A stretch of DNA of 64,000 nucleotides from Anolis carolinensis (Eukaryota): assembly GCF_035594765.1 (NCBI RefSeq), contig NW_026943819.1, positions 2,108,001 through 2,172,000 of the forward strand, given 5' to 3'. How positions within the stretch are numbered: position 1 is the stretch's first letter; every line of letters begins with the position of its first letter. The position numbers and the translations under genes are program-made. Shown piece after piece: positions 23,509 through 35,670 of the stretch. The notes below the pieces were generated by a model, which worked only from the letters and a program-made list of their open reading frames with translations, made no database searches and had not been told where the DNA came from.

Positions 23509-25339
23509 TTGCAACCTCTTGCGATTGGAAGACATAGACCAGAGTGACCCTTCTTTGTATCCTGGTTTCCTCCTGACCACTTTTTATGGTTAGATTACAC
23601 TAGGTAACAAAAAATGGGGGAAAATATTTTGTTCCTGGCTTGAAAGTGTCATTTCCTGTTTAATTGTGCGGCATTTACTTTGAAAGTGGTTTTTTACTCC
23701 AGAAACTTTGTTTTTGTGGCTGCCACAGACTCGATTGTTAAATTGGTTGAGATAGTCATAGAAAAACTATTGCAAAATGTGCTATAGCATGATGTCCCTC
23801 CCGCAGAAACAAAGTTTTTGCAGTTTAATAGACTTTTTTCCATGTCTTTATGCTAGAACCAATAAGGAAATGACCCTGAGAACCCAGGAACAAAAGTTGT
23901 GTCACATCAACATTCTGCGCAGAATTCCCCAGTGTTGCAACAATACCAGCGGATGCAAAGAGGGGCATTGTTTGTTATTATTACCGTATATACTCAAGTA
24001 TAAGCTGACCCGAATATAAGCCGAGGAACCTAATTTTACCACAAAAAAAACTGGGAAAACATTGACTCCAGTATAAGCCGAGAGTGGTAAATTTCAGAAA
24101 TAAAAACAGATACCAATAAAATTACATTAATTGAGGCATTAGTAGGTTAAATGTTTTTTGAATATTTACATCAAGCTCTAATTTAAGATAAGACTGTCCA
24201 CCCCTGATCAAATCATTATTCTCATCTTCTTCAATGTAAATGTGCTTATGTATACTTTTAATAATAATAAAGTAATATATGTAATAATAATAATAAATAC
24301 AGGAAAATAATACATTTAGTAATAAATAGAGTAAAATAATAAATATTATAATAATAATAAGATCAGAGTGAAATAATAAATGTACAGTAGAGTCTCACTT
24401 ATCCAACTCTCGCTTATTCAACGTCCTGGATTATCCAAGCCATTTTTGTAGTCAATGTTTTCAATGCATTGTGATATTTTGGTGCTAAATTCATAAATAC
24501 AGTAAGTACTACATAGCATTACTGTGTGTTGAACTACTACTTCTGTCGAATTTGTTGTATATAGTAGAGTCTCACTTATCCAACATAAATGGGCCGGCAG
24601 AACGTTGGATAATAAGGAGAGATTAAGAAGAAGCCTATTAAACATCAAATTAGGTTATGATTTTACAAATTAAGCACCAAAACATCATGTTATAGAACAA
24701 ATTTGGCAGAAAAAGTAGTTAAGTACACAGTAATGCTACGTAGTAATTATTGTATTTATGAATTTTGCACCAAAATATCACGATGTATTGAAAACATTGA
24801 CTACAAAAATGCATTGGATAATCCAGAACGTTGGATAAGTGAGACTCCACTGTAACATGATGTTTTGGTGCTTAATTTGTAAAATCATAACCTAATTTGA
24901 TGTTTAATAGGCTTTTCCTTAATCCCTCCTTATTATCCAACATATTTGCTTATCCATCGTTCTGCTGGCCCGTTTATGTTGGATAAGTGAGACTCTACTG
25001 TATATACATATCTATATATATAAAAGAGTGATGGCATCACGGCGACCCACAAAACAACAAAACTACAGGCCCCCCAACCCCTCCAGAAACTTCGTTTTTG
25101 TGGCTGCCACAGACTTGAGATATTCATTAAAAAACTATTGCAGGCTGTCCCTCCCGCAGAAACAAAGTTTTTGCAGTTTAATAAACTTTTTTCCCATGTC
25201 TTTATGGCTAGAACCAATAAGGAAATGACCCTGAGAACCCAGGAACAAAAGTTGTGTCACATTAACATTCTGCGCAGAATTCCCCAGTGTTGCAACAATA
25301 CCAGTGGATGCAAAGAGGGCCATTGTTTGTTGTTATTAC

Positions 25340-25561
25340 CTCTGCGAATCTGTTTTCCAGCCAGCCAGCGTTCCTGGGAAACCACGGCCTCCAAAAGAAA
25401 GAGCTAAAGGACCAGGAGGCGGGGAAGAGTTCGGACTCGGCCAGGTGTTCCCCGAACGTCTGGTGGTAGATGCGACTGGGCACGGCGGCAGCGGGGGCGG
25501 CGGGGGCGGCGGAGGAGAGCAGGGGCTTGCGGAAGAAGGGATAGTAAACGGAGATATCCAT
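25340..25561 (-). CDS. CRYAB: Alpha-B crystallin exon 1 ([13 protein letters not shown]...[20 protein letters not shown]...NRFAE)
   Basis: MDI start and FGEHL.ES.LFP motif; donor GAG|GTAATA; TATA box upstream. Confidence 0.93.
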
Positions 25562-25619
25562 CTGGGTTGGTCCCGGGGGAGAGGCAGGCAGAAACCGGCT
25601 GCCCGGCCGAGGCAGCCAG

Positions 25620-25900
25620 GAGGGCTTTATATGCTGCCCGGGTGCCAGGCGGTGCCCGGGGACGAACCCTCCAGAACGGCGAGCTCAGGCCTTTCCATTC
25701 TCTCCCTTTCCCCCCACCGGCCCCATTCAGCGGGAGATTTCACCCACGTTGCTGAAAAGAGAATGCATGCCGCTGAATTCCCGCCGGTCAGCATGAAACC
25801 GCCTCCGTCCCACACTTGATTATTATTTTATTCCCCCCCGCCCCCCCCCGGTCTTTATAAAAACACCAGCAGTCCATTTAGGCTGAGCTGGCCACATCGG
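25620..25900 (-). promoter_or_regulatory. CRYAB proximal promoter: TATAAA (25626-25631), imperfect heat-shock element cGAAc-cCTCc-aGAAc (25663-25677), Maf-type half-site TGCTGAC (25787-25793)
   Basis: Motifs read directly; position upstream of the CRYAB ATG fits known HSF/Maf regulation of crystallins. Confidence 0.6.
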
Positions 25901-25995
25901 ATGCCAATGCAAGTCACACGGTTGTGATCTCTTGTTGTGTCCCCTCAATAGAGCCCGGTTTGTCAACGTGACCCTTCTTCCATGCACATCAACAC

Positions 25996-27182
25996 CAGTG
26001 GTTCACAACCTTCCTAATGCCGCGACCCCTTAATACAGTTCGTCATGTTGTGTTGACCCACAACCATAAAACTATTTTCGTTACTACGGCAGAGTCTCAC
26101 TTATCCAAGATAAACGGGCCAGCAGAATCTTGGATAAGCGAAAATGTTGGATTAAGAAAAAAGCCTATTAAGGTGTTCCCTCACTACTTCGCAGTTCACT
26201 TTTCGCGGATTTGCTGTTTCGCGGTTTTTCAATAGACTCTAAAAGAGTACAGTAGAGTCTCGCTTATCCAAGCCTCGCTTATCCAAGTTTCTGGATTATC
26301 CAAGCCATTTTTGTAGTCAATGTTTTCAATATATTGTGATATTTGGGTGCTAAATTCATAAATACAGTAATTACTATATAGCATTACTGCGTATTGAACT
26401 ACTTTTTCTGTTAAATTTGTTGTAAAACATGATGTTTTGGTGCTTAATTTGTAAAATCATAACCTAATTTGATGTTTAATAGGCTTTTCCTTAATCCCTC
26501 CTTATTATCCAAGATATTCACTTATCCAAGCTTCTGCTGGCCCGTTTAGCTTGGATAAGTGAGACTCTACTGTATTATAAATCATAAAAAATACAATTTA
26601 CAGCCTAAGGAAGGGAGGAAGAAGAAGCCAAAGGGAGAGAAAAGGAGCCCAAGTGGCAACGGGAGGAGAAGGAGGTGATTTATCAACACAGAATTGGTTG
26701 ATAAAGACTTAAAATAGTGTACAACTACGAAAATAATGTATAAATATTAAAATAAATATAGTGTCCCTACTTCGAGGATTTTATTTATTTATTTATTTAT
26801 TTACAGTATTTATATTCCGCCCTTCTCTCCCCGAAGGGTGAGGGATTTTCACTTATTGCGGGTGGTTCTGGAACCTAACCCCGGCGATAAGTGAGGGAAC
26901 GCTGTAAACATCAAATTAGGTTATGATTTTACAAATTAAGCACCAAAACATCATGTTTTGCAAGAAATTGACAGAAAAAGCAATTCAATACACAGTAATG
27001 ATATGTAGTAATTACTATATTTACGAATTTAGCACCAAAACATTGCAACATTTACTACAAAATCATTGACTACTGAAAGGCAGACTGCGTTGGATAATAC
27101 AGAACATTGGATAAGTGAAGCTTGGATAAGTGAGACTCTACGGTATTTCATAACTATAGTTTTGCTACTGTTGTGAATCGTA
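25996..27182. mobile_element. SPIN/URR1-like hAT end split by nested MITE insertions
   Basis: CAGTGGTTCACAACCTTCCTAATGCCGCGACCC...ATTTTCGTTACTA resumes as TTTCATAACTATAGTTTTGCTACTGTTGTGAATCGTA at 27144. Confidence 0.65.
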
Positions 27183-28706
27183 TTTTCATTCATTGGACTA
27201 AATTTGGCACCAATACCCGATACACCCAAATTTGAATACCGGTGGGGTTGGGGAGGGATGATTTTGTCATTCGGGAGTTGTAGTTGCTGGGATTTATCGT
27301 TCACCTACAATCAAAAAGCATTCTGAACTCCACCAATGATGGAATTGAACCAACCTTGTCTCACAGAACTCCCATGACAAACAGAAAGTACCGGAAGTGT
27401 TTGCTGGGCATTGACCCTGAGTTTGGGAGTTGTAGTTCACCCACATCCAGAGAGCACTGTGGACTCAAACAATGATGGATCTGGACCAAACTTGGCACAA
27501 ATACTCAATATGCCCTGTAGAATGCATGCAGTCTGAAACCATTTTGACCACCCAAACCACTTTGTTGTTCTATAGCCAAGCTTTCCAAACTGTGTCACGA
27601 CATCTTTGTGTGTCGGCTGCAGTGTGTAGGTGTGTCGCGCAAACAATACAAAACCCCTGAGTCTGTATGAAATAATTGACTCAAATATATATATATATAT
27701 ATATTAAATTAGGTTTCCATGAGCTATGTCCCCATACGTTTCGTCCTCAACAATGTATGTATGTATTGTCGAAGGCTTTCAGGATCACAGGGTTGTTCTA
27801 TGACACGTTGTTTTGAGACCTGCAACATTTCGCGACACAGTAATTCGGTTATTCGCAACGCAGTCCCTTATAAGAAACAAAAACACATACATACATTGGG
27901 TTGTTGCATGTTTTCTGGGCTGTATGGCCATGTTCCAGATGTGGGTGAAACATCAGGAGAGAATACTTCTGAAACATGGCCCGGAAAACATACAACAACC
28001 CAATGTATGTACAGTAGAGTCTCACTTATCCAAGCCTCGCTTATCCAAGCTTCTGGTTTATCCAAGCCATTTTTGTAGTCAATGTTTTCAATATATTGTG
28101 ATATTTTGGTGCTAAATTTGTAAATACAGTAATTACAACATAACATTCCTGCATATTGAACTACTTTTTCTATCAAATTTGTTGTATAACATGATGTGTT
28201 GGTGCATAATTTGTAAAATCATAATCTAATTTGATGTTTAATAGGCTTTTCCTTAGACCCTCCTTATTATCCAAGATATTCGCTTATCCAAGCTTCTGCC
28301 GGCCCATTTAGCTTGGATAAGTGAGACTCTACTGTATGTGTTTGTGTCTCTTATAAGGGACTGCGTTGCGAATAAAACCGAATTACTGTGTCGCGAAATG
28401 TTGCAGGTCTCAAAACAACGTAAAATGTTTGGAAAGCTCTGATCTACACCACGAAATGAACGCAGCTTGACACCATTTGGAGCTATGGCTCCATGTTATG
28501 GAATCCAGGGAGTTGTAGTTTTGCAAGGCCAAAGAGGTTCGGCTGCCTCACCAAACTGCAACGCCTAGGATTGCACGGCAGCTCTAGCGACGTCAAAATT
28601 GCGTTCATTTCACAGATGCACCTAATGTGGCTCATGAAACCCATGGCTACAAGATGCTCAATTATTATGTTTACGCTTGGAAAAAGTTGCTTTGGAGGCT
28701 CTACAA

Positions 28707-29420
28707 CAGGGGTCTTCAAACTTTTAAAGAAGCGGGCCAGTCCACAATCCTTCAGACTGTTGAGGGGCCAAATTATCATTTGAAAAAAAATATGAACAAA
28801 TTTCTATGCACACTGCACATGTCTTATTTGTAGTGCAAAAAACAACAACAATGAAAGAACAATACAATATTTGAATATAAGAACAATTTTAACCAACATA
28901 AATCTATCAGGATTTCAATGGAAAGTGTGGACCTGCTTCTGGCCAATGAGATAGTCAAGTTAATTAGGATTGTTGTTGTTGTTGTGTGCCTTCAAGTCAT
29001 GTCAGACTTTGGCAGAGCCTAAGTATAAAATTAATTATTTATTTACTTACTGCATTTATTTACTACATTTATATCCCACCCTTCTCACCCCGATGGGGAC
29101 TCAGAGCAGCTGTATGTACATACAATATATTATATTATTAGCATAACACAATATTAGCATTATATATTACTATATTAAACTATACCACTATACTATTATA
29201 TAATATGTAATATATAACATATAATTAATATTATTATATGTTATTACTATTAGTATTATATTGTATAACATAAGATTATTATCAATATTATATGTATATA
29301 CAATATATTATATTATTAAAACTGATATAAAATATTATATTATAAAACTGAGGGCGGGGGCCAGGTAAATGACCTTGGAGGGCCGCATCCGGCCCCCGGG
29401 CCTTAGTTTGGGGACCCCTG
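28707..29420. mobile_element. hAT non-autonomous element (CAGGGGTC...GACCCCTG)
   Basis: TIRs as in the 20901 element; flanked by a 380-bp direct repeat. Confidence 0.85.
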
Positions 29421-30585
29421 CTCTACTGTATGTGTTTGTGTCTCTTATAAGGGACTGCGTTGCGAATAAAACCGAATTACTGTGTCGCGAAATGTTGCAG
29501 GTCTCAAAACAACGTAAAATGTTTGGAAAGCTCTGATCTACACCACGAAATGAACGCAGCTTGACACCATTTGGAGCTATGGCTCCATGTTATGGAATCC
29601 AGGGAGTTGTAGTTTTGCAAGGCCAAAGAGGTTCGGCTGCCTCACCAAACTGCAACGCCTAGGATTGCACGGCAGCTCTAGCGACGTCAAAATTGCGTTC
29701 ATTTCACAGATGCACCTAATGTGGCTCATGAAACCCATGGCTACAAGATGCTCAATTATTATGTTTACGCTTGGAAAAAGTTGCTTTGGAGGCTCTACAA
29801 CTCCCAAACACCCAAACCTTGCTTTCCTATGGCTCCCAGGGACTTTCGACACGGATGCTAAGAATAGACTCATTGCGCCAACTGGGTGGGTTCAATCCGG
29901 AACGTGGGAGCCGGCCGCCTGATCGTGGAAAGGCTCGGTTGCCCGCCTTGCGCCGCCTCCAGCTGAGCATGACATGAATGCGGCCAAACCTGTCTCTCTC
30001 TCTTCCTCTTTCCTCGCCCTCATGCCTTCTCTATGCGGCGCCTGGGAACTGCAAACACTGCCTTCGGTTTCATTGAAACCTTGCATCTCCCAAACCTTTG
30101 GCCGCTGAATGATTCCATCCAAACTTATAATAAGCCCATACAGTGGATGGTTGCCAACTTTGCAATTTTTCATTCGTTTGGAATATTGACGCAGCGTTGT
30201 TTTGTGTTTTACCTGTTGAATCATTAAACCAACAATATTACAAGTTGCTCAAATCTTTCACAAATGGAAACATTTTCATAAATACATAAAACAAGGAGTG
30301 ATGGGCATCATTTCCATGCCTCGTTTTACTATTTTTCCAAAGTTATTTGACTCAGTGGAAACTCAAACCGCCTCTGGACTCCAACTCCCCAAATCCCTAC
30401 GGCGTGAACCTTTTCTGTGTCAGGTTTAATGTTGCTATTTTAATGTTGGTGTATTTTTCGTTTTTAAAATCGGATCGGATTGGTTTTTTGCGAGCCAATA
30501 AAAGGTTTAATGTTGCTATTTTAATGTTGGTATATTTTCCTCTTATAGAGAGGAAAAATGGGAAACAAAAAATAATAATAACAGC

Positions 30586-30629
<44 letters not shown>

Positions 30630-30631
<2 letters not shown>

Positions 30632-30795
30632 GACATTGACAAAATCACGATCTACCAACTGCAAAAGGCCACCCTACTGGGATCTGCACGCATCATCCGA
30701 AAATACATCACACAGTCCTAGACACTTGGGAAGTGTTTGACTTGTGATTTTGTGATACGAAATCCAGCATATCTATCTTGTTTGCTGTGTCATAC

Positions 30796-30838
<43 letters not shown>

Positions 30839-31938
30839 GGATCTACGCACATCATCTGAAAATACATCACACTCATGACCATTCATCATTCACTGCACCC
30901 TCACAGTGATGTTGACCGGCTAGAACTGCCTAGAAGATCAGGGGGCAGAGGACTCTTACAAGTAAAACAAGCAGTCAAAGAAGAAGGACATGCCCTGGCA
31001 GAATATGGAAAGCAAAGTGAAGAACCTGCTTTGATTGAAGTCAAAAATCAGAAACTCCTCAAAGCACAGCAGACAAAGAATCAGTACAAGAAAACCGCAC
31101 TACAAACTAGGGCTGACAGCTGGCACAACAAAATACTGCATGGAAAGTTCCTTGACAAAATTGAAGGAAAAGCTGATAAGGAGAAGACCTGGCTCTGGCT
31201 CACGAATGGGACCCTGAAGGAGGAGACAGAAGGCCTGATCCTTGCAGCCCGGGAGCAAGACATCAGGATAAAGGCAATTCAGGCCAAGATCGAAAAATCA
31301 ACTGATGACCCAAAATGCAGACTCTGAAAGGAAACCGACGAAACATTGATCATATCCTCAGTTGCTGTAAGAAAATTGCACAGACAGACTACAAACAGAG
31401 GCACAACTATGTGGCCCAAAGGATTCATTGGAACTTATGCCTCAAGTACCACCTTCCAGCAGCAATGAACTGGTGGGATCACAAACCTGCAAAAGTATTG
31501 GAAAATGAGCACGCAAAGATACTGTGGGACTTCCGAATCCAGACTGACAAAGTTCTGGAACACAACACACCAGACATCACAGTTGTGGAAAGGAAAAAGG
31601 TTTGGATCATGGATGTCGCCATCCCAGGTGACAGTCGCATTGACGAAAAACAACAGGAAAAACTCAGCCGCTCTCAGGACCTCAAGATTGAACTTCAAAG
31701 ACTCTGGCAGAAACCAGTGCAGGTGGTCCCAGTGGTGATGGGCACACTGGGTGCCGTGACAAAAGATCTCAGCCGGCATTTGGAAACAATAGACATTGAC
31801 AGGATTACCATCTGCCAACTGGAAAAGGCTACCCGACTTCATCCGAAAAGACGCTTGGGAAGTGTTCGACTTGTGATATTGTGATATGAAATCCAGAATG
31901 TCTATCTTGTCTGCTGTGTCATACAATGTTGTTGTGTC

Positions 31939-31986
<48 letters not shown>

Positions 31987-32095
31987 TCCGAAAATACATC
32001 ACAGTCCTAGACACTTGGGAAGTGTTCGATTTGTGATTTTGTGATACAAAATCCAGCATGTCTATCTTGTTTGCTGTGTCATAAAATAAAATAAC
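30630..32095 (+). mobile_element. R4/Dong-clade LINE, 5'-truncated copies in a (TAA)n tract; largest piece encodes a CCHC knuckle and restriction-like endonuclease (frameshifted)
   Basis: ORFs 30875-31327 and 31315-31884: PKCRL...DHILSCC...HNTPDITVV...DVAIPGD...EKL. Confidence 0.85.
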
Positions 32096-32114
32096 AACAA
32101 CAACAACTTTATTC

Positions 32115-32405
32115 TTATCAGGAGCCAGTGGAGCTGCTTTAGTTGAGACGTTGTGTGCTGCCTATAGCTAGCTCCAGTTAGTAGCCTGGCTGTTGATTTT
32201 GTACCAATTGCAGCTTCCGAGCCGTCTTCAAAGGCAGCTCCACATAGAGTGCTTTGCAGTAGTTCATTCTGGATGTAACTAAGGTGTGGAAAATCAGGCT
32301 TTTCGAGGCCAATCTATACCCCGATCTGCCTCAGAAATGACTAGGAGAACCTCTGTCTTGTCTGGATTAAGCTTCAGCTTGTCAGCCCTCATCCAGTCCA
32401 TCAAC
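32115..32405 (-). mobile_element. Degenerate L2-like LINE RT fragment
   Basis: WMRADKLKLNPDKTEVLL motif. Confidence 0.7.
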
Positions 32406-33041
32406 ATAGGGAGAAAAATAGCAATGTATGTGCATGTTTTCCCTTTCCTAGGGGCCCCGTGAATGTTGGGCATGGATTGCAAAAGCAACAATAGAGGCAT
32501 CCTAGGGAGACGGAGGAATTCTCTCGTCTGAGCCAGACGCTTGCAGCTGGCAAGGATTTTTCGGAAGGGCCTCCTTCTCCGGTTTCGTCCCGTGTAAATA
32601 CCAAGGGAGCCCGTGCACCTGCTGCCTCGGAGGATGCACAGAACGGCTTTGGTTTCGCACGAGTATCGCTTTAAAGCTCCTTGGAAGCAATGCTAGGCTG
32701 GGCCCGGGGCCTCTCCTTGCATTCATTCCTTGACTCGATTGCCCAGAGCAAAGGGCACCGAAGCCCAATAAACGTCCCTGCTTTTGACAAGGAGGCTGAT
32801 AATACGCAGGTTTTATAGCAAAGGAAACTCAGGAGGTGGAATCTAAAACCAAGTTCCCCTTTGGCACACCTGACTTGATCCGAAACCCAAAGTATTGATG
32901 GCCTTTGTTTCCTTTCCTTCTTCCAGGGTTTCAGGACAGTGTGCTCAGGGATGGTCCTGTTTACCTTTGCAACGTCCTTATGTGGTTGGAGAGGATGGCA
33001 GAGAAGGAGGAGGCTGGCTCTGCCTTGCATCATATAGTCAA

Positions 33042-33438
33042 CTAGCTGTGCCCGGCCACGCGTTGCTGTGGCGAAGTGTGGTGGTATGGGAAATAAAGTA
33101 TTGAGGAATTGGTGATAGTTAAGGTAAAGGGTAAAGGTTTTACCTTACATTAAGTCCATTATAAATGGGTTATATAGCTGTGTGGAAGGGCCTTGAGTCT
33201 GCACTGCCATATAATCCAGTTCAAATCAGATAATCTGTATTTTATAGGCAATGTGGAAGAGGCCTAAGTGAGGCCTAACTCTGCCTGTCCCCTGGGCTGA
33301 GTGGGTTGCTAGGAGACCAAGTGGGTGGAGCTTAGCCTTCTAACTGGCAGCAATTGGATAAAAACAATTATTCCTCTCCCTCTAATGTATGTCCAAATTT
33401 TGTTGGCCAAAATTTCATTACCTTTTTATATATATAGA
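33042..33438 (-). mobile_element. Non-autonomous Helitron-like element (5' TC...CTAG 3', A|T target); relatives at 33693-34160 (-), ~59543-59718 (+), 63020-63395 (-)
   Basis: 5' TCTATATATAT start; subterminal GTGGCCGGGCAC hairpin, then CTAG followed by T. Confidence 0.75.
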
Positions 33439-33458
33439 TGTAAATCCAGTGACTAGAA

Positions 33459-33624
33459 CAGTGATGGCCAACCTATGACATGTGTGTCAACATTGACACG
33501 CCTAGCCATTTTTGCTGACATGCTGCTGCCTGCAGATTGATTGGATGACTATGTCTTTTGTGGCCAAATTTGGTGTGATTTGGTCCAATGGTTTTGTTGT
33601 TTACTCCATGAGAATTATGCACAT

Positions 33625-33693
<69 letters not shown>

Positions 33694-34151
33694 TAGCTGT
33701 GCCCGGCCACGCGTTGCTGTTGCAAAGTGGTGGTGGTATTGGTTAAAAATTGTTGTGTTATTTTTATTTGACGTTATTTGCATTTTTGAATTATTTTTAT
33801 TGTAAGTTATCTTTTTATTTATTATATTTTATTATTTTCTTGTATTATTTTTAGTTGTTTTCTGTTATTATAGTATTTTATTGTATTAATTTTTTTAGTG
33901 TTTTTAATTATTTTTAGTGTTTTTTAATTATTTTTTATTGGGTTGCTAGGAGACCAAGTTGGAGGAACTTAGCCTTCTAACTGGCAGCAATTGGATAAAA
34001 GCAATTATTCCTCTCTCTCTAATTAGGACTTTATTTTTCTTTTCTTTCTGTTGTATCAACCTAGAGGCGTGGATGATGGGTTGTGTTGTCAAATTTCGAG
34101 GTTGGGGGGCCTGTAGTTTTGTTGTTTTGTGGGTCGCCGTGATGCCATCAC

Positions 34152-34219
<68 letters not shown>

Positions 34220-34548
34220 CTATTATTATTCTATTATTATTGTAGTATGTTATCATATTATTACTATTATATTATTCATTATTCATGACTACATTGAAAC
34301 TAGAATAGAGAGAAATCAGCGTGGAAACTGCAAGAGGTACCATAGATTGTTGTACATGGAAATAAGGGTAGTAAATAGTTTTTGATTTATTAAATACAGT
34401 TATATATTGCAATTATACATTTTTGTTATTTAAACTATACATATTGCGCAATTATGGGTTTTTTCTCTCGAAGTGACACACCACCCAAGTCATGTTAGGT
34501 TTTTTGGTGAATTTTGACACACCAAGCGCAAAAGGTTGCCCATCATTG
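33459..34548. mobile_element. hAT element with 8-bp TSD GACTAGAA, containing a nested Helitron-like insert (33693-~34160)
   Basis: TIR CAGTGATGGCCAACCT / AGGTTGCCCATCATTG; perfect TSD. Confidence 0.85.
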
Positions 34549-34719
34549 GACTAGAAAGTAGAGATGTGCACAATATTTGCTTCATTCGTGTATTTGTTTA
34601 GTATCGTCCATCCGGATGCACGAAATGAAAGATGCCATTTTCAGACAAAACAAAGGCTGCTCAGGCACATTCGTATCCAGAATGCCTCCCTGGACACCTT
34701 TGATGTGAGAAGGTCTATA

Positions 34720-35670
34720 TGCCTTTGAGTCAGCTATTGACTCATGGCCAACGCATGCATTTCATTAGGGTTTCTCGCCAACGATTACTCCAAGGTGGTT
34801 TTGCCAGTTCCTTACTCTGAAATGTATTCTCCAGCATCTGGTCAGCCCATCCTTCTTACTAACTAGGATTGACCCTGTTTGACTTCCAACATCAGGTAGG
34901 ATCTGGTGCCTTCAAGTCTCTGTTGAGATATGGAGACCTCACACATTTTGTAGGGTTTTCTTCAACAACGAATACTCCGAAGTGGTTTGGCCAGGTCCTT
35001 CCTCTGAAACATATTCTCCAGCATCTGGTCAGTCCATCCTTACTAACTAGCATTAACCCTGTTTGGTTTCAAACATCAGGTAGGATCTGGTGCCTTCAAG
35101 ACTTTGTTGAGATATGGAGACCTCACACATTTTGTAGGGTTTTCTTCCACAAGGAATACTCCGAAGTGGTTTTGCCATGTCCTTCCTCTGAAACATATTC
35201 TCCAGCATCTGGTCAGCCCATCCTTCTTACTAACTAGGATTGACCTTGTTTGGCTTCCAACATCATGTAGGGTCTGGTGCCTTCAAATCTCTGTTGAGAT
35301 ATGGAGACCTCACACATTTTGTAGGGTTTTCTTCCGCAAGGAATACTCCGAAGTGGTTTTGCCAGGTCCTTCCTCTGAAATATATTCTCCAGAATCTGGT
35401 CAGTTCATCCTTCTTACTAACTAGCATTAACCTTGTTTGGCTTTCAACATCAGGTAGGATCTTGTTTGGCTTTCAACATCAGGTAGGATCTGGTGCCTTC
35501 AAGTCTCTGTTGAGATATGGAGACCTCACACATTTTGTAGGGTTTTCATCAGCAAGGAATACTCCGAAGTGGTTTTGCCAGGTCCTTCCTCTGAAGTACT
35601 AGTATTCCTTGGTAGACTTCCCATCAAAGTACTAAGCTGACCCTGCTTATCTTTCAAGATTCAAGAAGAT
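34720..35670 (-). repeat. Tandem array (~185-bp period) of a 5S rRNA-derived SINE-like unit
   Basis: 35600-35670 resembles reverse-complement 5S rRNA (GTATTCC...CCCATC.AAGTACTAA...GACCCTGCTTA); units repeat at ~34926, 35109, 35296, 35512. Confidence 0.65.

Noticed and set aside
30875-31884. Host nuclease or zinc-finger gene
   Set aside because: Frameshifted, 5'-truncated, multi-copy retrotransposon ORF
35597-35670. 5S rRNA gene
   Set aside because: Partial, diverged and fused to a repeat tail; SINE-derived
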